Source of the DNA: a virus
Lineage: Duplodnaviria > Caudoviricetes
Length of the DNA stretch: 34,146 bases
IMG/VR virus record: IMGVR_UViG_3300002307_000141
Coordinates: 1 to 34,146 of that record
Direction: 5' to 3' (one strand)
Of this stretch, positions 17,874 to 27,543 are shown one piece after another. Numbering within the stretch: position 1 is the stretch's first letter; each line of letters opens with the position of its first letter. The notes beneath the pieces were generated by a model, which saw only the letters and a program-made list of their open reading frames with translations, made no database searches and had not been told where the DNA came from. The position numbers were made by a program, and so were the translations under genes.

Positions 17874-19055
17874 ATGCCATTTTTGCCACCAAAATCGTTA
17901 CAGTATTGTGAGAATATCGACGTCGATGTTCCAAAGATGTTCATTGACAAAGAGATTGGTGGAGACGGCAATGTACAAGGTGGCGAGTTCTTGCGTGAGC
18001 TACTGTATATCAGCGATGACGTGAAGAAGTCGAAGATTGAAGTATGGATAAACAGCCCTGGCGGAATAGTAACAGAAGGGCAGAGCATTTACGCTTCAAT
18101 TCTAGCTAGCAAAGCACCAGTTGATACTATCTGTTTTGGTATTGCTGCATCAATTGCAGGTGTTATCTTTCAAGCTGGTCGTGTAAGAAAGATGTACGAC
18201 TACGCAACGCTGATGTACCACCCTGCTTATAGCGATGATGGCAAAGTTGACAAAGGGCTCGAAGCCCTTAACCGCGCGATTTGCGTTATGATTTCGTCTA
18301 GAACCGGCAAGTCAGAACAAGATATTTGGGCCATCATGAACAGAGGCAAGGCAACCGACAAAGGCACATGGATCGGCGCACAGGAGGCTCTTGAGCTTGG
18401 ATTTTGCGATGAAATAATTAAGTCCAACTCAAAAAACAAGAACAACACGGACGTTTACAAATACGGAAATATAATTTTAAATAGAAACAATAACAAACCA
18501 AAACCAAAGCAAATGAAAGCAGTAATGAACCGCTTAGGCTTGAACGAAGAAGCGTCAGAGGCTTCTGCTTTAGCCGCTGTTGAAGATTTGAAAAAGTCTT
18601 ACGAAAAAAAGAAATCTGACCTTGACGATTTAAAAAAGAAGCTTGAGGACAAGATGAAAGAATGCGATGACCTAAAAAAGGAAATGGACGCTTTGAAAGC
18701 TAAAACCAAAGCAGATGCAGAGGAAGCGGACAAGAAAGCCAAGGCCGAAGAAGAAGACAAAAAGGCCAAGAAAGCAGACGAAGAGCTAAAGAACGCTGTA
18801 TCTTTTGGCAAAATTAAAAACGACGCTAAAGTAATCGAAACATTTAAAAATGCTTTTTTGAAAGATTTCGAAGGCACTAAATCTCTTGTTGACGCGATTC
18901 CGGCTACCAAGAACTCAGTAGAATTTAAAGCGAACGACGAAATAGTTTTAAATTACACGAAAGCAGAATTAGCCGCTAAGTCAGTTGGTCTAACACCTAA
19001 GGACGGTGGAAAATATTACAACTTCATCAAAATTCACGAATTAAAAAACAGATAA
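17874..19055 (+). CDS. ClpP-type prohead protease fused to a scaffold
   Basis: WINSPGG, GIAASIAGVI, LMYHP, AQEALELGFCD; C-terminal K/E coiled coil; likely ATG 17874. Confidence 0.88.
   Translation: MPFLPPKSLQYCENIDVDVPKMFIDKEIGGDGNVQGGEFLRELLYISDDVKKSKIEVWINSPGGIVTEGQSIYASILASKAPVDTICFGIAASIAGVIFQAGRVRKMYDYATLMYHPAYSDDGKVDKGLEALNRAICVMISSRTGKSEQDIWAIMNRGKATDKGTWIGAQEALELGFCDEIIKSNSKNKNNTDVYKYGNIILNRNNNKPKPKQMKAVMNRLGLNEEASEASALAAVEDLKKSYEKKKSDLDDLKKKLEDKMKECDDLKKEMDALKAKTKADAEEADKKAKAEEEDKKAKKADEELKNAVSFGKIKNDAKVIETFKNAFLKDFEGTKSLVDAIPATKNSVEFKANDEIVLNYTKAELAAKSVGLTPKDGGKYYNFIKIHELKNR
18513..19055 (+). CDS. Nested in-frame scaffolding protein (putative internal start)
   Basis: AACAAACCAAAACCAAAGCAA-ATG leader; MKAVMNRLGLNEEASE. 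Confidence 0.55.
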   Translation: MKAVMNRLGLNEEASEASALAAVEDLKKSYEKKKSDLDDLKKKLEDKMKECDDLKKEMDALKAKTKADAEEADKKAKAEEEDKKAKKADEELKNAVSFGKIKNDAKVIETFKNAFLKDFEGTKSLVDAIPATKNSVEFKANDEIVLNYTKAELAAKSVGLTPKDGGKYYNFIKIHELKNR

Positions 19056-19058
19056 AAA

Positions 19059-20060
19059 ATGCCAGAAGCGCTAATAGTATCAGAACAAGTGTATGCAGGA
19101 GAAGCCGCAGACTTCTTCCTTACACGCCCAGTTGTTGAGATGGACACGTATGAAAAGGGAGCCATCGCATTGATTAATGGAATCAAAAAACAATATACCC
19201 TTGACCGTTTAGAAGTGTCTAACTTCATCCAAGACGCGGCAGCGACGCCCGTTTCGCAAGGATCTATCCTTGTTGACTACAAGCAGTTAGTTCCACAACG
19301 TTTTGACCTTTACATGGAGTTCAACCCACACGATTTTGAAGTGTCGTTCTTTGCGCCTGAGTTGCAAAAGTTGTTGCTAGACCGTGCGTTGCCTCAAACA
19401 GCTAACAACTACTTGTTGTTACAGTTGATGCGTCGTGTCAACCAGTACTACGAATATGCTGTATGGCAATCACGATTGGCGTACAACCCAACTACTGGAA
19501 CAGAGACAGTGCCAGCAGCGTTGACTACCGCAACTAAAAATAATAATTTTTATTACTTTGATGGCATCATCGAGAAGTTGTTGAACGATGCTAACACTAT
19601 ACAAGTGCCTAGCCCGGTAACGTTGACATACCTCAACATCAGGTCTCAGTTTGATACCGCCATCAGCCTTGTTCCTCCTGCGCTGTTGGGCAAGTATGGA
19701 CCAGAAGGGTTAAAGATTCTTGTTTCTTACAACACATGGTTGTTGTATAACCAAGCATTGAGAGAAGACGCCTTCAAAAACCAAAACACTACCGAGAAGT
19801 CGCAAGATATGTGGAATGGTTACGATTTGGTACGTTGTGCAGGTATTCCTGACAACACATTCTTGATGTGTATCGCTAACCCTAACCCAATGAGCTCAGT
19901 ATTGTTTATTGGCGTGAACGAGTTCGAAGACAAACAAAACTTGAAGATGTCACCATTACAAAATAACTCTGACCTTTGGTTTGTTCGTGCAGAACAAAAA
20001 GTAGATACTCAGATCGGATGGACTGACCAAGTTGTATTATATACAACTTTGACCGCTTAA
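19059..20060 (+). CDS. Major capsid protein
   Basis: 333 aa directly after the protease/scaffold and followed by a strong hairpin; called from synteny and size. Confidence 0.78.
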   Translation: MPEALIVSEQVYAGEAADFFLTRPVVEMDTYEKGAIALINGIKKQYTLDRLEVSNFIQDAAATPVSQGSILVDYKQLVPQRFDLYMEFNPHDFEVSFFAPELQKLLLDRALPQTANNYLLLQLMRRVNQYYEYAVWQSRLAYNPTTGTETVPAALTTATKNNNFYYFDGIIEKLLNDANTIQVPSPVTLTYLNIRSQFDTAISLVPPALLGKYGPEGLKILVSYNTWLLYNQALREDAFKNQNTTEKSQDMWNGYDLVRCAGIPDNTFLMCIANPNPMSSVLFIGVNEFEDKQNLKMSPLQNNSDLWFVRAEQKVDTQIGWTDQVVLYTTLTA

Positions 20061-20068
20061 ACTAACCC

Positions 20069-20094
20069 AAGGGGGAGGGCAACACCTCCCCCTT
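20069..20094 (+). promoter_or_regulatory. Strong hairpin after the capsid gene (attenuator or RNA-stabilising)
   Basis: AAGGGGGAGG-GCAACA-CCTCCCCCTT, with only a short T run. Confidence 0.65.
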
Positions 20095-20110
20095 TAAAAA
20101 ACTAAAAAAA

Positions 20111-20581
20111 ATGAAAAAAATAATATTCTCTTTGATTCTTGTAGCCTCAATAGGCTTATTTGCCTCAGCACAAAACACTACACCACGTTGGGGAAGTGGT
20201 CCGCCATCAAACGACAACACTGGTCGTATATTGACGTATAACTACGTTGCATACACCGAAGTAGCTGGAGCCGACACGTTGAAACTTGTACCAAATGCTT
20301 TTGAGAATTTGGTTAAACCAACAGCCATCAACGACTCGATTACAATTGTGTTGAAATCAAATACTAACGCCTTCGTAGGTGATGCGATCAAATTTCAATT
20401 CCTAAATAAAACGTCAACTAAAAACAACGTTAAGTTTAGAAATAGTGGGTCCAATTCTGTAGGTGGATTTGCATTTTTGTCTGGCGATAGTACATTAGCA
20501 CTTACATCAAGCAAGCGTGCTATTGTTGTGTTTACTTTTGACGGAGTTAAATGGGTAGAAACAAGTAAGGCGGTTCAATAA
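20111..20581 (+). CDS. Signal-peptide-bearing beta-rich protein, paralogue of 20608 (head decoration-like)
   Basis: MKKIIFSLILVASIGLFASA|Q; C-terminal FTFDGVKWVETSKA. Confidence 0.7.
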   Translation: MKKIIFSLILVASIGLFASAQNTTPRWGSGPPSNDNTGRILTYNYVAYTEVAGADTLKLVPNAFENLVKPTAINDSITIVLKSNTNAFVGDAIKFQFLNKTSTKNNVKFRNSGSNSVGGFAFLSGDSTLALTSSKRAIVVFTFDGVKWVETSKAVQ

Positions 20582-20607
20582 CCGCTTTACACAAAACTTA
20601 AAATATC

Positions 20608-20994
20608 ATGTCTTACACTAAAGGAACAAGATACAGTCAAGAGCCTAGCAATGGCGGACAAAACGCGCTATACGTCAGAGAGATTCAAACGCCTGCTTAC
20701 GCAGCGAGCGTAAAGATCACCGTCAATGACCCTTTGGCAGAGGACATCACAGTGCTATTCAAACAATGTACTGGCAACATGACCATTACGGCGGACACTA
20801 CCATCCCTTATGATGGTGACCAAATGATCATGAAGATTCCAATGGATTCAACCGGACACACAGTAACGTTAAGTAATGGGTTCACAGTAACATCTTCTAC
20901 TATTATAGGTACAGCAAACAGCATCGTGACATTCAATTGCATCTTTGATGCACAGACCCAAACATGGGTAGAGTATGCACGAGCAATAAACTAA
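20608..20994 (+). CDS. Putative head decoration/structural protein without signal peptide
   Basis: Aligns by eye with the mature 20111 protein; ends IFDAQTQTWVEYARA. Confidence 0.6.
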   Translation: MSYTKGTRYSQEPSNGGQNALYVREIQTPAYAASVKITVNDPLAEDITVLFKQCTGNMTITADTTIPYDGDQMIMKIPMDSTGHTVTLSNGFTVTSSTIIGTANSIVTFNCIFDAQTQTWVEYARAIN

Positions 20995-21020
20995 TATTCA
21001 AACCATAAACCAACCCAACC

Positions 21021-21464
21021 ATGGCCAAGCAAGACAAATCAACGTTGCAAGTAACTAAAGCTCTACATCAAACTCTTAAATATAACCCTAAGATTAAAGA
21101 GGTTTATTTTAATGAGGACGGTGATTTCTTTTTCAAAAAACACAAAGTTAAGATTTACCATTATGATCCTGAAACTTTAATCAGCTCAGGAGTTGAAGAT
21201 GTCGAATCTTTGCCCGGCGTTTCAAAAACGGCCGTAAGGGTGAAGACTGTTACTAACGGTGTTGCGCAATATCAATTCTCGTTAGTCAACACGGACCACA
21301 AGCCAATAGCTGCGACCTTTACTAGAGAGGAAATCCTTTCTATGCCGGCCGTTGCGGAAAAAAGAACTGAAAAAGAAAAGGTTGAGATTTTATTGGCCGC
21401 CAAGGAGATTGCCGAAAGCGGAGATCTTGAGGCGTTACTTGCAAAGATGAAAGCAACAAAGTAA
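21021..21464 (+). CDS. Hypothetical protein
   Basis: 147 aa, lies before the sheath gene; YFNEDGDFF. Confidence 0.65.
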   Translation: MAKQDKSTLQVTKALHQTLKYNPKIKEVYFNEDGDFFFKKHKVKIYHYDPETLISSGVEDVESLPGVSKTAVRVKTVTNGVAQYQFSLVNTDHKPIAATFTREEILSMPAVAEKRTEKEKVEILLAAKEIAESGDLEALLAKMKATK

Positions 21465-21470
21465 TTTAAC

Positions 21471-21492
21471 AAGGTCGGGTAATACCGACCTT
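21471..21492 (+). promoter_or_regulatory. Hairpin before the sheath gene
   Basis: AAGGTCGG-GTAATA-CCGACCTT. Confidence 0.6.
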
Positions 21493-21506
21493 AAAACAAA
21501 CTAAAA

Positions 21507-23066
21507 ATGGGCACATTTCAAACCGGATTCTCGTTCAATAAAGCTATAACTACCAATGGCGCACCACTTCCTGGGCAAGACTACGTGACAGGGCTGTGCT
21601 TATATGGAACAGCTCCTAGCGCTTTCCCTTCTGCAGGTTATAAGCAGATGTTTAGCGTTCAAGATGCCATTAACGTTGGCATTACGCCCAACAGCACTGA
21701 CGAGACTCAAGCCGCAGGAGACCTCGCTATGACAGGAGCATCAGGGGCAGGGTTGACTTTAATTGTTAAAGTTCAAGAGCCCATCAATCCAACTAACACG
21801 GCAACAAATCCTAATTTGATTACGATCTGTTCCTACACTACCGTGGCAGGCGACACAACCGCTTCTACATTCGCTACTAACTTAGCAGCAGCCATCAACG
21901 CTAACCAAGCCAACAATGGCGGTTATACCGCAACAGCATCTACCAGCACCGTTGTGTTGACCGCACGTAAAGGACTCGGAACATTTTTAAACTCAGGCTC
22001 ACCGATAAGCGTGTCAGGCACAGCGGCAGCAGATGTAACGGTGACTCAATTCGCCTCAGGGGTAGCATCTGTGTACAACAACTGGTATTATCATATTTCA
22101 GAGTACTTTAGGCTTAGCCCTAACGGCGTCCTTTGGGTGAGTGTCACAAGTGCTCCGAGCACTGCATTCACAGAGGTTCAGACCTTGCAACAAAACGCTG
22201 TAGGCGTGTTGAGGCAAGTAGGTGTATATGCTCCAAGCCGCACAGTCGTATCTAACGCAGCCGCTGACGTGGCAGCATTACAAGCTATTGCAAGCACCTT
22301 AGAGAGCAATAAGATGCCGTTATCTATTGTGTACGCAGCAGATATGCATAGCGTATCCGATTTGACAACATTGCCTAATCTTTCAGTGTTGAACTCTAAC
22401 TACGTATCTATTAACATCTCGCAAGATGGAGCAGGGCAAGGTTGGGCATTATATGAGGCTTATGGCAAATCCATAACCAACATAGGTGCGTTGTTAGGCT
22501 GCATAAGCGTTGCACCAGTATCTCAAGATTTTGCGCAGCCAGTGCCTACTTATAACATCAGTAATGGAAGCGAAAACAACGTTATCGCATTTGCTAATAA
22601 TATATTATTTACGAGCGTTTCGTCAACGTTGCAAACGCAACTAGACAATTATCGTTACATCTATGCCGGCAATTATGTTGGATACACAGGGACGTTCTTT
22701 AATGACAGCCATTGCGCTAATTTGTCAAATACTTACTACTCGTATATCGAACAAAACAGAACTGAGAATAAGCTTGAGCGTATTCTATATTCCTCTTATT
22801 TGCCATATTTGAAGTCTCAAATTCAACTAAACAGCGATGGCACCATCTTTAGGCCTCTAGTTTATTCTCTTCAATCAGTTGGGAACAACGCGTTGAACGT
22901 AAACATGGCAGGTCAAATAAGTGGTGTTGAATGCATCATAAACCCGTTGCAAAACGTCACCACGCAAGGCGGATTGGTTGTTACGGTATATTTCATTCAG
23001 AACGCAATTGCACGTACAATAACAGTTAATATTAACGCGGTAAACTCGTTACCTTCAAACCTATAA
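21507..23066 (+). CDS. Contractile tail sheath protein (DUF2586-like)
   Basis: DYVTGL, YYHISEYFR, LRQVGV, SQDG, FFNDSH, YIEQNRT, INPLQNV. Confidence 0.82.
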   Translation: MGTFQTGFSFNKAITTNGAPLPGQDYVTGLCLYGTAPSAFPSAGYKQMFSVQDAINVGITPNSTDETQAAGDLAMTGASGAGLTLIVKVQEPINPTNTATNPNLITICSYTTVAGDTTASTFATNLAAAINANQANNGGYTATASTSTVVLTARKGLGTFLNSGSPISVSGTAAADVTVTQFASGVASVYNNWYYHISEYFRLSPNGVLWVSVTSAPSTAFTEVQTLQQNAVGVLRQVGVYAPSRTVVSNAAADVAALQAIASTLESNKMPLSIVYAADMHSVSDLTTLPNLSVLNSNYVSINISQDGAGQGWALYEAYGKSITNIGALLGCISVAPVSQDFAQPVPTYNISNGSENNVIAFANNILFTSVSSTLQTQLDNYRYIYAGNYVGYTGTFFNDSHCANLSNTYYSYIEQNRTENKLERILYSSYLPYLKSQIQLNSDGTIFRPLVYSLQSVGNNALNVNMAGQISGVECIINPLQNVTTQGGLVVTVYFIQNAIARTITVNINAVNSLPSNL

Positions 23067-23070
23067 AACA

Positions 23071-23490
23071 ATGGCAGCACCTTTAATTAATGGCGTTAAC
23101 TACGCATGGTCTAACATCACTTGGATGTGGTACGGATTGCCCTTGATTGGCATCAAGTCAATCAACTATGAAGCGAAACAAAAGAAAGAGCTCAACTACG
23201 GCAATGGCGTATATCCAATATCGGAAGCTGTTGGCAATTATGAATATGACGCTGACATCGAGATATACGCGGACGAGTGGGCTAAGATAATCGCAGCTGC
23301 ACCAAATGGTGATCCATTGCAAATACCGCGTTCAGATATGCAGATCTTCTACGGCGGTAGCCGGGTAAATCAAAAGGTCGACATCTTACAGATGGTATCG
23401 TTCACCAATGACCCAATCGCGGTTAAACAAGGCGATACTATGGTAAGCGTAAAATTAAAATTATCAGTTGCAGGTTTAGCGCATCAATAA
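23071..23490 (+). CDS. Tail tube protein
   Basis: LINGVNYAWSNI, GIKSINY, YGNG.YPIS...GNY; follows the sheath gene. Confidence 0.82.
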   Translation: MAAPLINGVNYAWSNITWMWYGLPLIGIKSINYEAKQKKELNYGNGVYPISEAVGNYEYDADIEIYADEWAKIIAAAPNGDPLQIPRSDMQIFYGGSRVNQKVDILQMVSFTNDPIAVKQGDTMVSVKLKLSVAGLAHQ

Positions 23491-23509
23491 ACACATAATC
23501 CAACCAAAG

Positions 23510-23845
23510 ATGACAATTGAAGAAATAGAAAAAAAAGCAAAGGATCTTTCGCAAAAACTTGATGGCGAAAAGGTAACGCCAATAGTGCTCAACCACGAAG
23601 GTGAACAAGTGATTGGTTATTTTCGAGAGGTGTCTTACGACATCAGGCTGGCAGCTACCGATGCATTCATTGACAAGCAGACAACTAAAGCAGCCGAATG
23701 GGTTATGCAAGACGCTTTAATTAAAGAAGAATCTGACCCGCGCATCATGAGCCAAGCGCGTAAAGACGCTAATATCCGGGCATCGTTTGTTATGCAAGCG
23801 GTTAAGCTTGTCGCTCCTTTGGTTGACGAGTATAAAAAAAAATAA
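23510..23845 (+). CDS. Tail assembly chaperone (gpG-like)
   Basis: Lies between tube and tape measure; ends TAT AAA AAA AAA TAA. Confidence 0.78.
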   Translation: MTIEEIEKKAKDLSQKLDGEKVTPIVLNHEGEQVIGYFREVSYDIRLAATDAFIDKQTTKAAEWVMQDALIKEESDPRIMSQARKDANIRASFVMQAVKLVAPLVDEYKKK

Positions 23846-24036
23846 TTGACGCACGCGAGAAGATAAGGGGCGACGGAGGGAAGAACAAGGGGAGCGGATA
23901 TGAGCGTGATTTGGCTCTTATCCGCTTTTATTTTCATCTCGATGCGCGTGGTTTGAGCATCGAAGAGTTTGTATATATTAGAGAGCAGTTGTATTACGCT
24001 CTCGAAACAACAGGACAAATGAAATCAACATTATGA
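23510..24036 (+). CDS. -1 frameshift-extended chaperone (gpGT-like)
   Basis: A9 at 23834-23842; -1 frame open for 64 codons to a TGA overlapping the TMP ATG. Confidence 0.75.
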
Positions 24037-25559
24037 GCGTAGAGACGGTTGAGACGCAACTAAAACTAAGCGGTATAGGCGATGCGGAGAAAGGGTTGGA
24101 ATCACTCAAGGAACATGCTGAGGGAGTCCATGAGGCTATGGGTGAGCTCAAGAAGATGTTCCTTGAGGTATTTGCAATAGAGAAGATAATTGAATTTGGC
24201 AAAGAGTCTTTTAAAGCGTTCACAGATGCAAATATGGCATCTGCACAGTTAGACGCCACATTGACATCAACCAATAACGCCGTTGGGTTATCGCGCGAAG
24301 AGCTCAACAAGCTATCCGAAGACCTGAGCAAAAACAGCCTATATACAACTACCGCTGTTACTAGCATGCAGTCGGTGTTGACAACCTTCACAAGCATACA
24401 TGAGGATGTCTTTCCGAAAGCTCAACAAGCTATAGCCGACCTAGCAACTAAGATGGGTGAGGACCTTCAGAGCGCCGCTATACAAGTAGGTAAGGCGTTA
24501 CAAGACCCTGTTCAAGGCATAACAGCTCTGAAGAGGGTGGGTGTTAACTTCTCTGATGAGCAGAAAACTGTCATCAAGAACCTAGTTGACACTGGTCACG
24601 CTGCCCAAGCGCAGACAATGATTTTGAAAGAGCTAAATACAGAATTCGGAGGTTCGGCTGAGGCAGCCATGAGAGCCAACCCATGGGGCGCATTCAAGAA
24701 GGACATGGAAGAGACCGAGGTGTCGGTTGGGAAATTGATCAATATGGCATTAGTACATCTTATACCCGTTCTAACAAGCATAAGTAACGCGGTCAAATCA
24801 ACCTCAGAGTGGCTCAAAGAACACAGCGAGGTGTTAAAGGCTGTGGCGTATGTAGTTGGTATCTCTGTGGCTGCCTTCGTAACTTACAAGACTGTACTAT
24901 TTGCTATGGAAGCCCCAATGTTAGCGGTAGCAGCTGCGCAATGGGCTATTAACGTGGCGATGTCAGTAAACCCAGTTGGATTGATAATAGCTGGGGTAGT
25001 CGCTCTTGGATTAGCTCTTTATGAATGTTTCCAACATTTTGAAGTATTCAGGCGTGTTGTTTTAACAACATGGGAAACAATAAAACAATTCTCGATAGTG
25101 CTATTTGACTCGCTAATATTTCCATTCACAACCGCTTATCATGCAGTAATGGCGCTCAACTCAGCTCTTGTTGGCGACTTTTCAGGAGCCAAGGCCCACA
25201 TAAAAGAAATAGGAAATAATTATATGAGCATGGTCAATGATGTCACAAGCGGAGTGAAGTCAATATCAAGCTCTTGGAATGCCGACTACTCTGACAAGTC
25301 AAGCGCTGCCAAAGGAATAGACAGCAAGTTAAATAAAAAAGGTAATAATATTGCAAGTGGAGCGCTTACACCTGCATCAGACAGCTCAAGCGTATCAGGA
25401 ACAAAACAAGTAATTATTAACGTGTCGATTAACAAGCTTGTTGAGCTCCTTAAAATTGAATCGGCAAATATTAAAGATGGCGCTAACACCGCAAGCGCTG
25501 ACGTAGCAAGGGCTCTGTTAAGTGCGGTTAACCAGTTCTCAGCATCGGCAGATATATGA
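24033..25559 (+). CDS. Tape measure protein
   Basis: Helical and Ala-rich; GKALQDPVQGITALKRVGV, NPVGLIIAGVVAL; 508 aa. Confidence 0.88.
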   Translation: MSVETVETQLKLSGIGDAEKGLESLKEHAEGVHEAMGELKKMFLEVFAIEKIIEFGKESFKAFTDANMASAQLDATLTSTNNAVGLSREELNKLSEDLSKNSLYTTTAVTSMQSVLTTFTSIHEDVFPKAQQAIADLATKMGEDLQSAAIQVGKALQDPVQGITALKRVGVNFSDEQKTVIKNLVDTGHAAQAQTMILKELNTEFGGSAEAAMRANPWGAFKKDMEETEVSVGKLINMALVHLIPVLTSISNAVKSTSEWLKEHSEVLKAVAYVVGISVAAFVTYKTVLFAMEAPMLAVAAAQWAINVAMSVNPVGLIIAGVVALGLALYECFQHFEVFRRVVLTTWETIKQFSIVLFDSLIFPFTTAYHAVMALNSALVGDFSGAKAHIKEIGNNYMSMVNDVTSGVKSISSSWNADYSDKSSAAKGIDSKLNKKGNNIASGALTPASDSSSVSGTKQVIINVSINKLVELLKIESANIKDGANTASADVARALLSAVNQFSASADI

Positions 25560-26188
25560 ACGAATTTACACAAGCAGGAATTACCATTGCTTTGGATCAG
25601 TTGGGAATACCAACTGATCCGTACAGCGCAGTTGTGCAACTATTGGAAGCCAATAGCACACCTGTTCAAGGTAACAATTATTCAGGACTATTTAAGTCCG
25701 TTCCTACGCCTGATAACCCGGATGCTCAAAGCCGAATAGGTACTGCCGTATATGGCAACCTTCAAATATTTGCAGGATCGTATGTCAACACGTCAGATGG
25801 TACTACTATTACTTACGATGCGTTCCACATCGACACTATTATAATGACAGCCACACAGACCCATAACGTCGTGTTGACGCCAATACAAGGAAGAGATGGC
25901 GAGGTTGTTGAATATGTAGGCAAGGCTTCATTTAGGATTAATTTTAAAGGCGGTTTTTTCTCCTCCGGCAACACACGCCCTAACCTTGGCAACTTCTATC
26001 GAATGATCAACAGTAACCAGCCTATAAGCGTTTACTCTTCATTCTTGCAAGAGCTTGGCATAAGCGAGATAATAATACTTGATAAAAACATACCTCAGGT
26101 AGAAGGTGGTTACAACTATCAAGTATTTGCGTTCAACGCAATAGTTAACACTCCGGTTATATTGGCGCAACAAATAAACGTGTCATGA
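25556..26188 (+). CDS. Tail tube initiator/baseplate protein (DUF6046-like)
   Basis: NVVLTPIQGRDGEVVEY, FLQELGISEIII. Confidence 0.68.
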   Translation: MNEFTQAGITIALDQLGIPTDPYSAVVQLLEANSTPVQGNNYSGLFKSVPTPDNPDAQSRIGTAVYGNLQIFAGSYVNTSDGTTITYDAFHIDTIIMTATQTHNVVLTPIQGRDGEVVEYVGKASFRINFKGGFFSSGNTRPNLGNFYRMINSNQPISVYSSFLQELGISEIIILDKNIPQVEGGYNYQVFAFNAIVNTPVILAQQINVS

Positions 26189-27543
26189 GCTTAATCCTAA
26201 AATGTCGCATAACTATTACTCAGTCACCAACAACAGCATACCCAGACAGAGGTAACACTTACGTTATTGACTCGGTTAACGAAGTGCAAATAAAGTCGAG
26301 TTGGAAAGATCTGACATCAACCGCTCATGTTGTGCTTCCTAAAAACGTGGCCGTGCAAAATTTGGACGGTTCTCAATTCAATCTTATAGACAAGCCAACC
26401 TATGTACCAGTAGCAGGAACAACGCCAGTGCTGTTGCGTGGCGACCAAATTAAAATTGAGCTAGGTTACAGATACCAGAACTCAAACAATATTTGGGTTG
26501 AACAATACAACACAGAGTTCAAAGGTTGGGTGGCAAAAATAAACCCTAAAACACCTTTGGAGATAGAGTGCGAGGATAACATGTACTTGCTGAAGCAGGC
26601 GCAATGTCCAAACATGGTGTTCCCGGCAAGCAAGTACAACGTTCAAAGCATCATAAACTACTTGTTGTTGAATCCAACGCAAATAACAGATACAAGTAGT
26701 TCAGGATATGTTTTTCAGAAGAAGGTGCTCATACCTCAGTTGGCGCAGATTCAACAGTTCAACGGTGTTGGCGCATCGCTCAACATAGCTACAAATGTTG
26801 GTGATTTTAGGACGGTCAACGATACCGTAGCATCTGTACTTATGCGACTAAGAAAAGATTACAAGTTAGAATGTTTTTTTCGTCCGACATTGCAAAACGG
26901 CATTCCCGTTGATTTTAACTCGCTCTATTGCTCAGGCATAGTGTATTACCCCGACGACTATTACAACGTTGCTAATGGGCAATTTACGCCCGTGGCTTAC
27001 GGATTTCAGCAGAACATAACCGACAACGGACAAAATCTATTATATCAACGTACTGACGACATTAGGCTAGGAATAAAAGCATATAGCGTCGGGAAGTATG
27101 AGCTCAATGCAACCAATAGCGCAGGAGGAACTACCACCAAGAGTCAACGCCTTGAGGTCGTTGTAGGCGACAAAGATGGCGACCTCAGGACTCAATATTT
27201 TTTCCCTTCGACCAACACTTCACCTTCGCTTGACCTAGCAGCACTTACTACCTTGGCTACGCAACGACTCAACAAACTAAAATATGAAGGGTGGAGAGGT
27301 TCGTTTGAGTCGTTCGGCTTGCCTTACGTTCAACATGGCATGTGTGTGTCAATTAACGACAGCGTAGCAAGTGGCAACCTTGTCTTTGGAAATCAAAATT
27401 TAACGCTTGAGCGCGGTGGCGTATATATGGTGAAGGGAACAGAGGTACGTTTTGGAATGAATGGATTTCGCCGTAAAATTGATTTGCATTTGAGGATGGA
27501 CAACAATCAGTTCACACCGACTGAAATAAGTAATGGCTTATGA
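26185..27543 (+). CDS. Baseplate hub (gpD/Mu gp44-like)
   Basis: SSWKDLT, GDQIKIELGY, IECEDNMYLLK, YEGWRGSFESFGLP. Confidence 0.8.
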   Translation: MSLILKCRITITQSPTTAYPDRGNTYVIDSVNEVQIKSSWKDLTSTAHVVLPKNVAVQNLDGSQFNLIDKPTYVPVAGTTPVLLRGDQIKIELGYRYQNSNNIWVEQYNTEFKGWVAKINPKTPLEIECEDNMYLLKQAQCPNMVFPASKYNVQSIINYLLLNPTQITDTSSSGYVFQKKVLIPQLAQIQQFNGVGASLNIATNVGDFRTVNDTVASVLMRLRKDYKLECFFRPTLQNGIPVDFNSLYCSGIVYYPDDYYNVANGQFTPVAYGFQQNITDNGQNLLYQRTDDIRLGIKAYSVGKYELNATNSAGGTTTKSQRLEVVVGDKDGDLRTQYFFPSTNTSPSLDLAALTTLATQRLNKLKYEGWRGSFESFGLPYVQHGMCVSINDSVASGNLVFGNQNLTLERGGVYMVKGTEVRFGMNGFRRKIDLHLRMDNNQFTPTEISNGL

